From positions 1-64,000 of the IMG/VR virus record IMGVR_UViG_3300031857_000028: a stretch of DNA of 64,000 bases. One strand, written 5' to 3'. A program made the translations under genes and the position numbers. Position 1 is the first letter of the stretch, and each line of letters opens with the position of its first letter. This DNA is from a virus. The notes beneath the pieces were generated by a model that did no database searches, was not told the DNA's origin, and worked only from the letters and a program-made list of their open reading frames with translations. Shown in pieces: positions 9,053 to 17,001 of this stretch.

Positions 9053-9967
9053 TTAGTTTGTTAATATTCTATATAATGTTGCCATAAAAGTAATTTCTTT
9101 ATCCGGCACCTGTCCATCACGAAACTGCCCGTCGTCAATTGCAACAACTGCTTGAGGTATTTTTGTTGGTGCATATATTTCAACGTTTTGATACAACGTC
9201 TGATATAATTCAGTGAAATCTTGTATCTGTGCATCTGCTACAATTTTACGTATACCAGTTATCTTATCCTTCAATGGAAGGTTGCCGGTAAGTACATCAA
9301 TAACTTGTAGTTTTACATCTTGACCAATCAGTTCTTCAACACTGATATGGAGTTTCTTATCACGAGTCTGTAACTGAGAAGTATTAATAATCTTACGAAT
9401 ATCTGGATAGTACGCGTTTACGATTTGTGCAATCGTCTTCGTATCATATTCCACGCCCTCGTTCTTTAGGATATCCGCCATTCGTTTGGCGGCTTCCTTC
9501 TTCGACGGTGGTGTAAGTTTATACACCTGCGTTCTACTCACCAATGGTTCGATGATTCGTTCAATATAATTAGCAGTAAGAATGAACCGAGTGGTGTCTG
9601 AGTAAGCTTCCATCATGTTGCGGAGGGCACGTTGACCATCGGGTGTCACTGCATCCATCTCGTCCAATACAACAATCTTCAATGATTTGAAACCCGTTGT
9701 GGAGGCAAAACCCTTCACCTTCTCACGCATTGTATCAATACCACGTTCATCGGATGCATTAATGAACATATAATCACAATCAATATTCTTGATGAGAATC
9801 TTTGCTGCAGTCGTCTTTCCAGTTCCCGCAGTACCATAAAACAAAATATGTGGAATATCTTGTGTTGTGATATACTGTTCCAGCTTGGAACGAAGGATAT
9901 CATTCCCTACATAACCTTCAAGTGTATCCGGCCTATAACGTTCTACCCACAAACTATTTTCACTCAT
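9053..9967 (-). CDS. Clamp loader large subunit (gp44/RFC-like AAA+)
   Basis: LWVERYRP, GTAGTGKTT, NASDERGID, LDEMD. Confidence 0.93.
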   Translation of the reverse strand: MSENSLWVERYRPDTLEGYVGNDILRSKLEQYITTQDIPHILFYGTAGTGKTTAAKILIKNIDCDYMFINASDERGIDTMREKVKGFASTTGFKSLKIVVLDEMDAVTPDGQRALRNMMEAYSDTTRFILTANYIERIIEPLVSRTQVYKLTPPSKKEAAKRMADILKNEGVEYDTKTIAQIVNAYYPDIRKIINTSQLQTRDKKLHISVEELIGQDVKLQVIDVLTGNLPLKDKITGIRKIVADAQIQDFTELYQTLYQNVEIYAPTKIPQAVVAIDDGQFRDGQVPDKEITFMATLYRILTN

Positions 9968-11181
9968 ACCTTTCTCCATAACCAAATTGGTTCACAGAAC
10001 GTTTTATTTATTGAATTATCTGCACGGTTCATTGTATCATCCGTCCATTCATTTGGAGCACTTCCTTGAAATACCATACCTGCTCCAGCACTGTTGGGTC
10101 GTTTCGACATTTCCATACCAATAGCACCCATATATTCCATACCCAATGATTTTAAATGGTCATTCATAGGATTCGTAATTTCTAACCACCGTTTCATTCC
10201 ACCATCCGATGTGGAGAATACATCCGCAATATTAATTGCGACCACTCCTTGTAGTCTAACTGATTGGTATAGATTAGTCAATACGTTGTGTAAAAAATTT
10301 GTGTTCCAATCACTAATTGTTTTATATCGTTTAAAACTTTGGGTATCATCCTGACTATAATGTTCTACATTATAATATGGTGGTGAAGTAAATACCACAT
10401 CGAAATAATTATCATATTTATTGAAATCGAATTCTTCCGCAGGAATTGCATAAAAATCACTCCGTTTATTGTTTTCAAAGAAACTGGTATGTTTATTATA
10501 AAAGTCTCGTTGTTTATTATACAATTGATGATTATCTGTCTTCGGGTCTAATCCGACATAATGCTCCGTCGTGTTCCCCGCATAGAAGGCTGCAAGTCTG
10601 TCACCCCATCCCATAGAAAAATCTAATACAGTCTTCGCCTCAAACTTATCATACAGTGCCTTTGCCACACTCGGTCTGAATTGCGAGCACGTATATTTTC
10701 TGAGGTGGAGGCAGCCACGTAACGTTCCTTTATCAATACGAGCCACCTTCAATGTGAACAACGACCCCATAAGGGTAATCATGTTCTTCTTCGTACGCCA
10801 CGTCTTTGCTGGCCCAGGACTTCTGTTAGAGTTTGCCTCCCACCGATTCTCTTGCTGAAAATAATTAGATGCAACACTTCCCACATTCGTTTTTGAAAAG
10901 TATTGCGTGCTCAAATCATATCTGGAATTCGTGGAACGATAGAACCATTCGCCATCCTTCAACAACTCATTCCATCGAATTCCCTTCAAATCCATATAAC
11001 TTTTATATGCGTCTTCTTCCGTTAAATCATTATATGGAATAGGATACGTCATGCAGATGGTAGCCATACTTTCTTTAACATCTTCTACGGAAAACGTTTG
11101 TTTAATATGTTCCCATTCCTCCTCACCTATTTCTAGGTAAGGTGTCATGTTCAGGAATTTGTCAAAGTATGATTGATACAT
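9964..11181 (-). CDS. DNA amino-methyltransferase (N4-C/N6-A type)
   Basis: LDFSMGWGDR SAM-binding motif and FTSPPYY catalytic motif. Confidence 0.82.
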   Translation of the reverse strand: MYQSYFDKFLNMTPYLEIGEEEWEHIKQTFSVEDVKESMATICMTYPIPYNDLTEEDAYKSYMDLKGIRWNELLKDGEWFYRSTNSRYDLSTQYFSKTNVGSVASNYFQQENRWEANSNRSPGPAKTWRTKKNMITLMGSLFTLKVARIDKGTLRGCLHLRKYTCSQFRPSVAKALYDKFEAKTVLDFSMGWGDRLAAFYAGNTTEHYVGLDPKTDNHQLYNKQRDFYNKHTSFFENNKRSDFYAIPAEEFDFNKYDNYFDVVFTSPPYYNVEHYSQDDTQSFKRYKTISDWNTNFLHNVLTNLYQSVRLQGVVAINIADVFSTSDGGMKRWLEITNPMNDHLKSLGMEYMGAIGMEMSKRPNSAGAGMVFQGSAPNEWTDDTMNRADNSINKTFCEPIWLWRKV

Positions 11182-11182
11182 A

Positions 11183-12064
11183 TTATGTTTTCAAAATTGG
11201 AGTTTGTTTGTAATCATTGAAAAATTTACGTACATGTTGCAGTCTCCATCTTTTTATGGAATCGGGGTATTCCTTTACTGCAAATCGTCCCGGCCAAAGT
11301 TTACTAAATGCTTCGTATGCCAATTTACGATTGTCACCGGCGTATACGGTGGTAGTAGCGCCACCAGGAAGTTTCATTGTAGGCGTACATTGTTGCATAA
11401 TATGATGAAAGGCTAATGTACAATATCCTGCCTCCAATACACGCAACGTATGGTCCCAATCTTCAATAGCACATGCACAGTCATCTTCAACACTCACGGA
11501 ATTATCAAATAGTACACATTGGTATACGTGTCTATTTTTTTGTACTGCATAGTTTTTTGAAAATGCATATGCATAACTACATATTCCACTGAGTGCGACA
11601 TTAGAAAACATGTCCATACAATACTCTACGATAGACATACACAGCAATGGGTCCGCTACTACATTTTTTGTTGAACCTTTGGGTCTAATGAAAAATTTTT
11701 CTACATCATCGTCCAGTTCCCAATGCTTTTCTTCACCAGCGGCTCTGGAATATCGTTTTATAAACTTACGTGCATATCGTAATCCCCCGTCATTTTTATC
11801 CAATACTACTATTTTATCGGGGGAATGTACTTTGCAGTAACTATCGTAATCTTGTGGTTCTATAACCAATTTATAATCCAAACCAATTTTACTCAACACC
11901 GTGGCAGTTGTGGTTGATGGTCTACCTTTAGACGGAACATAGATAGTATATTTGTTTTTAGATGCTAAAGGTTTCCCTGCGTCCATAAAATTATATACCA
12001 TTTCATTTAAATCGATTAAATCAAATGGTTTCCCCGTGTCGGTAAAAGAGTATATGTCTACCAT
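11183..12064 (-). CDS. TAGT/GREB1-like glycosyltransferase
   Basis: IYVPSKGR, VIEPQDY, WELDDDV, EDWD, GG.TT.VY. Confidence 0.75.
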   Translation of the reverse strand: MVDIYSFTDTGKPFDLIDLNEMVYNFMDAGKPLASKNKYTIYVPSKGRPSTTTATVLSKIGLDYKLVIEPQDYDSYCKVHSPDKIVVLDKNDGGLRYARKFIKRYSRAAGEEKHWELDDDVEKFFIRPKGSTKNVVADPLLCMSIVEYCMDMFSNVALSGICSYAYAFSKNYAVQKNRHVYQCVLFDNSVSVEDDCACAIEDWDHTLRVLEAGYCTLAFHHIMQQCTPTMKLPGGATTTVYAGDNRKLAYEAFSKLWPGRFAVKEYPDSIKRWRLQHVRKFFNDYKQTPILKT

Positions 12065-12068
12065 AGTA

Positions 12069-13289
12069 TTACCTCTTAACGAATGTCATATTATATTCAT
12101 TAATGGTTGGAGTTTTCTCAATGCCAGGTTTTAATACCAAATCCTGTTTAAACAATCTGGTGTATGGAATGTAGTGGTGCGGACGGCCATCCACATGCAT
12201 TTCATTTGTAAGTTTAACAATCTTACCCCAATTCTTTTTTAACTCATCAAACTTTTTTTGATAACCAGAATTCGTGCCGCCTTCATAAATCGTGTCTGTG
12301 TTACCACCTCGCATAGTTCCCGTAGTTTGTTTACCACTGAGAAGACTATTGAAGTTCACCGTACACAAATCACCCGTTGACAATACACGTAAAGATAAGT
12401 CCGTATCTTCGTTATACGTACCACGCCACCGTTCATCTAACCGTTGGTCTAATAGTTCCGTATTAATTAGAATACAACTATAGACACGAGTATTCTTAAT
12501 AAATTGGCCTCGACCAGGCTCAGTTGCAGGTACGAACGATGCATACTGACACCCTACCAATCCTAGATTTTCATATCGGTCACTGAAATCTTCCATGATT
12601 CTAAAGAACACACCATCACGAATACGCTTTTTCATATTGTGATTCCATCGGAAGAAGCCAAGAATATTGTCATCAATTACCCAATGCTTCTTATGTCCGT
12701 GGTCAACGGAGTGCTGCCAGACAAAGTTACGCACCGGAATACTTCCCCGTTTTTGTTTACTAAAATTCTCTGGGAGTTTGATAATTTTATTTACATCCAC
12801 ATTAGCCGCATAACTATCGTATTCGTCGGGTTCCACGCAAATATTAAAATCAATACCCATTTCCTCTAACGTATCAATTGTAAGTGTGCGTTCCCAACGA
12901 CCCTTCGTAATAACATAAATTGGATATTTCGGATGAATCTTATGCGTGTATTCATACTCATAATCCTTGAATGGATTGTCTTCCAATTCAAAATGAACAT
13001 ATCCAGTTTTGTTTTCTTTGATACCTAGCGCATTAAAAAGAATATCTTTTTCTTGTTGACTTTTTACAGTGACCACCATTAAATGTCGTTCTTTTAAATA
13101 CGGCGACCAAACAAACTCTGGTAGGTTAAAATAATGTTCATTATCTAAATCATAGAAATCATGATTTTTGAAATCATATTCATACGACAACGTGTAATCC
13201 CAGAAGTCGCCTGGGATTACCGTTGTATTCAGTATGTGTTCTAATTTTTCTTTGTTACTCGTATGTATCTTTACAACTTCCACAGTCAT
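12069..13289 (-). CDS. TAGT/GREB1-like glycosyltransferase with N-terminal extension
   Basis: YPIYVITKGR, RNFVW, HWVIDDNI, RVYSCILI, YNEDTDLSLR, MRGGNTDTIY. Confidence 0.8.
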   Translation of the reverse strand: MTVEVVKIHTSNKEKLEHILNTTVIPGDFWDYTLSYEYDFKNHDFYDLDNEHYFNLPEFVWSPYLKERHLMVVTVKSQQEKDILFNALGIKENKTGYVHFELEDNPFKDYEYEYTHKIHPKYPIYVITKGRWERTLTIDTLEEMGIDFNICVEPDEYDSYAANVDVNKIIKLPENFSKQKRGSIPVRNFVWQHSVDHGHKKHWVIDDNILGFFRWNHNMKKRIRDGVFFRIMEDFSDRYENLGLVGCQYASFVPATEPGRGQFIKNTRVYSCILINTELLDQRLDERWRGTYNEDTDLSLRVLSTGDLCTVNFNSLLSGKQTTGTMRGGNTDTIYEGGTNSGYQKKFDELKKNWGKIVKLTNEMHVDGRPHHYIPYTRLFKQDLVLKPGIEKTPTINEYNMTFVKR

Positions 13290-13292
13290 AAA

Positions 13293-14009
13293 TTACTTCT
13301 CTTGGACGAGATAGTATACAGTTGAAATATTATCGACTTCAAAGGTAGCACGTGCCAATCCCTTTGAAGAAACTTCAAGAGTTCCATTTGTAGCATCTTT
13401 ATTTGCTACAAGAATTTCCTTGAAATACTTCGCAGAAAAATTAATCGGAGTAAGTTCAACCGTCTTGTCAGTAGTGGCGTTAATTGCAATGCGATTGGTA
13501 TTGAGATTGGAGTGTCCAATCACCACCGTTGCAGTGGTATCCTTTCCTTCGCTAATCACCGTAAACGTATCCACTTCACTCAATGCACCTTTTGCTCTGA
13601 TAAAGGTGTTAACAAACTTCTCGTCCAATGTAATGGTAAAGTCCATGGGCGGAAGCTTCTTCAGTTCTGGTACAGCTGGAACCACGGAGATATCCGCAAG
13701 AACGAACGTTGCCTTCGTAGCACCATCCGTGATATTCAGACCCGTGATTTTCTCGTTAGCCGAACTGGTTTTGATTTCCAAATTTTCATCAAGAACACTT
13801 AGAATTGAACGCAGTTTCTTTGTTTCATATACACCAAAGTCACCTTCAGGGAAAGTAGCATTCTTAAATACAACTTCACCCAATACATTCTTATCATCCG
13901 AAATTGCTCTGACCGACAGGTCCGTTCCGTTTGACTTGAACACTACACTTTCACATGACCCACCAAGATTGTACTTACTAATAAACTTTTCAAACTTTGT
14001 CTTTTGCAT
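13293..14009 (-). CDS. Sliding clamp (T4 gp45-like)
   Basis: FGVYE..L, VSSKGL, YYL C-terminus; size and context. Confidence 0.8.
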   Translation of the reverse strand: MQKTKFEKFISKYNLGGSCESVVFKSNGTDLSVRAISDDKNVLGEVVFKNATFPEGDFGVYETKKLRSILSVLDENLEIKTSSANEKITGLNITDGATKATFVLADISVVPAVPELKKLPPMDFTITLDEKFVNTFIRAKGALSEVDTFTVISEGKDTTATVVIGHSNLNTNRIAINATTDKTVELTPINFSAKYFKEILVANKDATNGTLEVSSKGLARATFEVDNISTVYYLVQEK

Positions 14010-14026
14010 AACCGTTCCTTTGTTAT

Positions 14027-14389
14027 TTAATATTGTTTATCTTCAAACCAAATTCTTGATAACTTACCGTCTGTAAATCGTGCATGGTAATCGCGCCACA
14101 TACGATTTCCATCCATCGGTTTACTTGTATAAAATATAATATCCCCATGAAAGTCTGTCAAGTATTCACGACGATATGTTCCATCAACTTTTTTAATATA
14201 TCCCTTTAAAAGAGAATTTAAATCGTCCACCCATTCATGGTCCCAATCTTCCCTATATAATTCACCATTAGCAGTTATTACATACTTATATAATGCACAA
14301 TCTAACGATTTCGTCTGATACCACGTATCGGTAATTTCGTATTCACCGGGCAGTATCTGCTGCACCCGAATTTCATCAAACATTCCCAT
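14027..14389 (-). CDS. Hypothetical protein (MGMFD...YQTK family)
   Basis: ORF with GGAG RBS. Confidence 0.7.
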   Translation of the reverse strand: MGMFDEIRVQQILPGEYEITDTWYQTKSLDCALYKYVITANGELYREDWDHEWVDDLNSLLKGYIKKVDGTYRREYLTDFHGDIIFYTSKPMDGNRMWRDYHARFTDGKLSRIWFEDKQY

Positions 14390-14390
14390 A

Positions 14391-14915
14391 CTACATCTCC
14401 TGTGAATTCAATAAGATTGATAATTCTTTCCAATCAAAGTTACGTCCAGGGTCATCTTTACGTCCTAATGGTAAAGCAACATCTGAATGTCCTACGACAG
14501 TATACGTTGTTGTATCTTTATATCGTGTTCTTAGTTGCTTTATGAGCCATGCAGTACTTTGATATTGTAACTGTGTATATGGTTTTGTTATACCATTTTC
14601 TAAACAAATACCAATACTGTATTTATTGATTCTAAACAGCCCTTTCCATACAGAGTATCCAACATGAGATGCTACATATTTCGGGTCTAACAGTTTCATT
14701 ATCGTCCCATCACGTTTTACATAGTAATGATAACTTAATCGACGTTTAATTAATGTTGCACGAGCCGAATTGTATCCACCAGAGCCACCATCATTATGGA
14801 TAATAATATAGTTTCTACTTGTATCTCGTATTTGTACCCTTCGTTGTGGTAATAACTGTTCTACAACTTTTGGTTGTGTTCCAGTTAATTGTAACAATAA
14901 CATCAGTTTAATCAT
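14391..14915 (-). CDS. N-acetylmuramoyl-L-alanine amidase (Amidase_2)
   Basis: IIIH, SYHYYV, ASHVG, SIGICLE, GHSDVA..RKDDPG; GGAGA RBS before ATG 14915. Confidence 0.88.
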   Translation of the reverse strand: MIKLMLLLQLTGTQPKVVEQLLPQRRVQIRDTSRNYIIIHNDGGSGGYNSARATLIKRRLSYHYYVKRDGTIMKLLDPKYVASHVGYSVWKGLFRINKYSIGICLENGITKPYTQLQYQSTAWLIKQLRTRYKDTTTYTVVGHSDVALPLGRKDDPGRNFDWKELSILLNSQEM

Positions 14916-14930
14916 ATAATTCTCCAAAGA

Positions 14931-15032
14931 GGCAGTGGAGGATTCGAACCTCATTCCTTGGCCTAGCGTAGTAAAAGTTATAACGAGTAGCGAACCCAAT
15001 TTACTACCGACTTCCCGACAGTCCGCACTGCC
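14931..15032 (-). ncRNA. tRNA-like RNA with atypical anticodon arm
   Basis: GGCAGTG/CACTGCC acceptor stem, GACT/AGTC D-stem, GAGG-TTCGAAT-CCTC T-arm; 8-bp stem with 24-nt loop; no encoded CCA. Confidence 0.6.
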
Positions 15033-15039
15033 ACACTTA

Positions 15040-15840
15040 TCATGAAATACTAAAAAATTCTTCTGCCACTTTATTTACCTTATACTTTTGATAATTGTGG
15101 GTGAACACGTTCATATTAAAATTTGGTTGTGGAATGACTTCATATTTACCCGTCAGTACACGTTTTTCAAATACCAAATCTTTTTCTTTTGGATTCGGTT
15201 TGTTTACATATTCTGGATAACTGTCCAACATCTTACGTGCCTTCTTATCCAGTGGATACATATATCGAAACATCAGACCTCTAATTCTATCAATTCCTTT
15301 AACTTCACAGAAGTCTGGTGTCAGCCAAAAAACCTTGTCCTTTCCAATCATTTTGGCATTTTCTATATGTAGTGGTTTAATACTTCTAGGGTGCATTTTT
15401 TCACCCGTAATTCTATCCATATAGACATCGGTTTTAAAACTTCCAAGATATCGAAAGTTTGCTGCCTGATATACGAACCCACATTTGCCCATAATACCAT
15501 CTGCCATCGTATAAATAAACTTGACAGTCGTATTCTGTTTAGCCCAATCAATCAACAGTTTCATTGCAAACGAACCGAAATTACTTTTGTTCTTTTCTGG
15601 TAAGAAACACATCTTACCAATTTCGTAATAATCGGTAGTAATTACGTCATGCTTGTATAGAATTTTTTTGATTGTCTGTAGTGGCTGAGTTCCCCACCCA
15701 AGTGTTACCACGCCCACCAGTATATCATTTTCAAAATACCCTAAATAATATTTAGTGAGTCGCGGGAGAATTTTACTATAATGATAGCGGTGAATAAAGT
15801 CTACTGCCTCATTCTTGGGAATTTGCCGCACCATTAACAT
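15040..15840 (-). CDS. Mom-like GNAT-fold DNA modification protein
   Basis: FI..YHYS, GVVTLG, YEIGKMC, YTMADG...GFVYQAANF.YLG. Confidence 0.7.
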   Translation of the reverse strand: MLMVRQIPKNEAVDFIHRYHYSKILPRLTKYYLGYFENDILVGVVTLGWGTQPLQTIKKILYKHDVITTDYYEIGKMCFLPEKNKSNFGSFAMKLLIDWAKQNTTVKFIYTMADGIMGKCGFVYQAANFRYLGSFKTDVYMDRITGEKMHPRSIKPLHIENAKMIGKDKVFWLTPDFCEVKGIDRIRGLMFRYMYPLDKKARKMLDSYPEYVNKPNPKEKDLVFEKRVLTGKYEVIPQPNFNMNVFTHNYQKYKVNKVAEEFFSIS

Positions 15841-16940
15841 TAAAACTCTCCGTATTCTCGGATACTCACACCCACAGGGAAAATTGGAATACCATCCTTA
15901 CTCAGCTCAAAGAATCGTACAGTGAGAAACTTGCCGACCAGTTCCTTACGGTTCTTATAGAGTTCAGCACGATTCTCCTGCGAACCCTCCGGGCGACAAT
16001 TAAACCGTGCACCAGAATCAGTCTCCAATTCAAAAATTGCGAGGCCGGTATCAGAACCGTCGCCGTCAACAACATTAACAATACGATATTCTGCATCAAC
16101 AAAATCCTTGAGTTTCAAAAGTGAATACGAACGTTTACCGATTTCATAGAAAGATGCGGGGTCACGAACCATTGTTCCCTCAAACCCATCACTCACAAAC
16201 AATCGGTGAAGATGCATTACTTGTGATTCATCGTCTGCTCGTACCGTATTAACAATCTTGATATTCTCCGGCGCATTCCGACAAATATCTTCGATAATTC
16301 GATACCGTTCTACATACGGCAAATCGGCATCTACAATATCATACACATGATAGAGCAACTTAGAAGACAGTTCTGGACGATACTTCTTGATTGCCTTCAT
16401 ACTTTCCTGTAGGAGTTGATTACCCGGTAGCATGAGTTCACCATCCAAAATAAATCCCGCCGTATCGAACGCGAGGTGCTTAATTACATCGGGAATCACC
16501 TGCTTATTACCCCGACTCCATCCCTCAAATCCATCAAACAGCATACGCATGCCATTCAGTTTGGGTTGCACGAATACAGGAAAATCCATCTTACCCTTAT
16601 GGTCAGAGAACTTGTGTGCTAGCATCGGCATGGGATACATCTGACGAGTTTCCCCGTCATATCCGAATCCTCTGTCTCGTTGCTTCTTGATAATAGCATC
16701 AAACTCAAACTCAGCCTGTTCCTTACTATCACGAGCGTTTGCACGACCCTCATTAGTAGGTGTAGCGTAGTAAGGTTCCGAAAACTGGCGCTTAGTTTCC
16801 TTACCTGTCTTACTGATTTGATACCATTCAGTCTGTGTGAAGTACTGGTCGCCGTCCAGAAGAATGTGCAATCGCCAGAACTTTTTTCCGCCGGACTTAT
16901 TTTCACCAATCAGCCAATCACTGGTTTTGATAATAACCAT
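15840..16940 (-). CDS. lig: ATP-dependent DNA ligase
   Basis: QPKLNGMR, LDGEL, EGTMVR, LLKLKDF, IPIFPV. Confidence 0.92.
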   Translation of the reverse strand: MVIIKTSDWLIGENKSGGKKFWRLHILLDGDQYFTQTEWYQISKTGKETKRQFSEPYYATPTNEGRANARDSKEQAEFEFDAIIKKQRDRGFGYDGETRQMYPMPMLAHKFSDHKGKMDFPVFVQPKLNGMRMLFDGFEGWSRGNKQVIPDVIKHLAFDTAGFILDGELMLPGNQLLQESMKAIKKYRPELSSKLLYHVYDIVDADLPYVERYRIIEDICRNAPENIKIVNTVRADDESQVMHLHRLFVSDGFEGTMVRDPASFYEIGKRSYSLLKLKDFVDAEYRIVNVVDGDGSDTGLAIFELETDSGARFNCRPEGSQENRAELYKNRKELVGKFLTVRFFELSKDGIPIFPVGVSIREYGEF

Positions 16941-16970
16941 ATAATATTATCCTTGAAAGGGTTACACTGT

Positions 16971-16999
16971 AATATACTGAATATGACCTAGAATGTCAA
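16971..16999 (-). promoter_or_regulatory. Sigma70-like promoter (ligase)
   Basis: TTGACA-N17-TATATT. Confidence 0.7.
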
Positions 17000-17001
17000 G
17001 G

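Noticed and set aside
14916-14999. N-terminal extension of the amidase in the ORF track
   Set aside because: Overlaps the tRNA-like element; a GGAGA RBS supports ATG 14915
14931-15032. Assigning an amino acid or anticodon to the tRNA-like element
   Set aside because: No canonical 7-nt anticodon loop can be drawn
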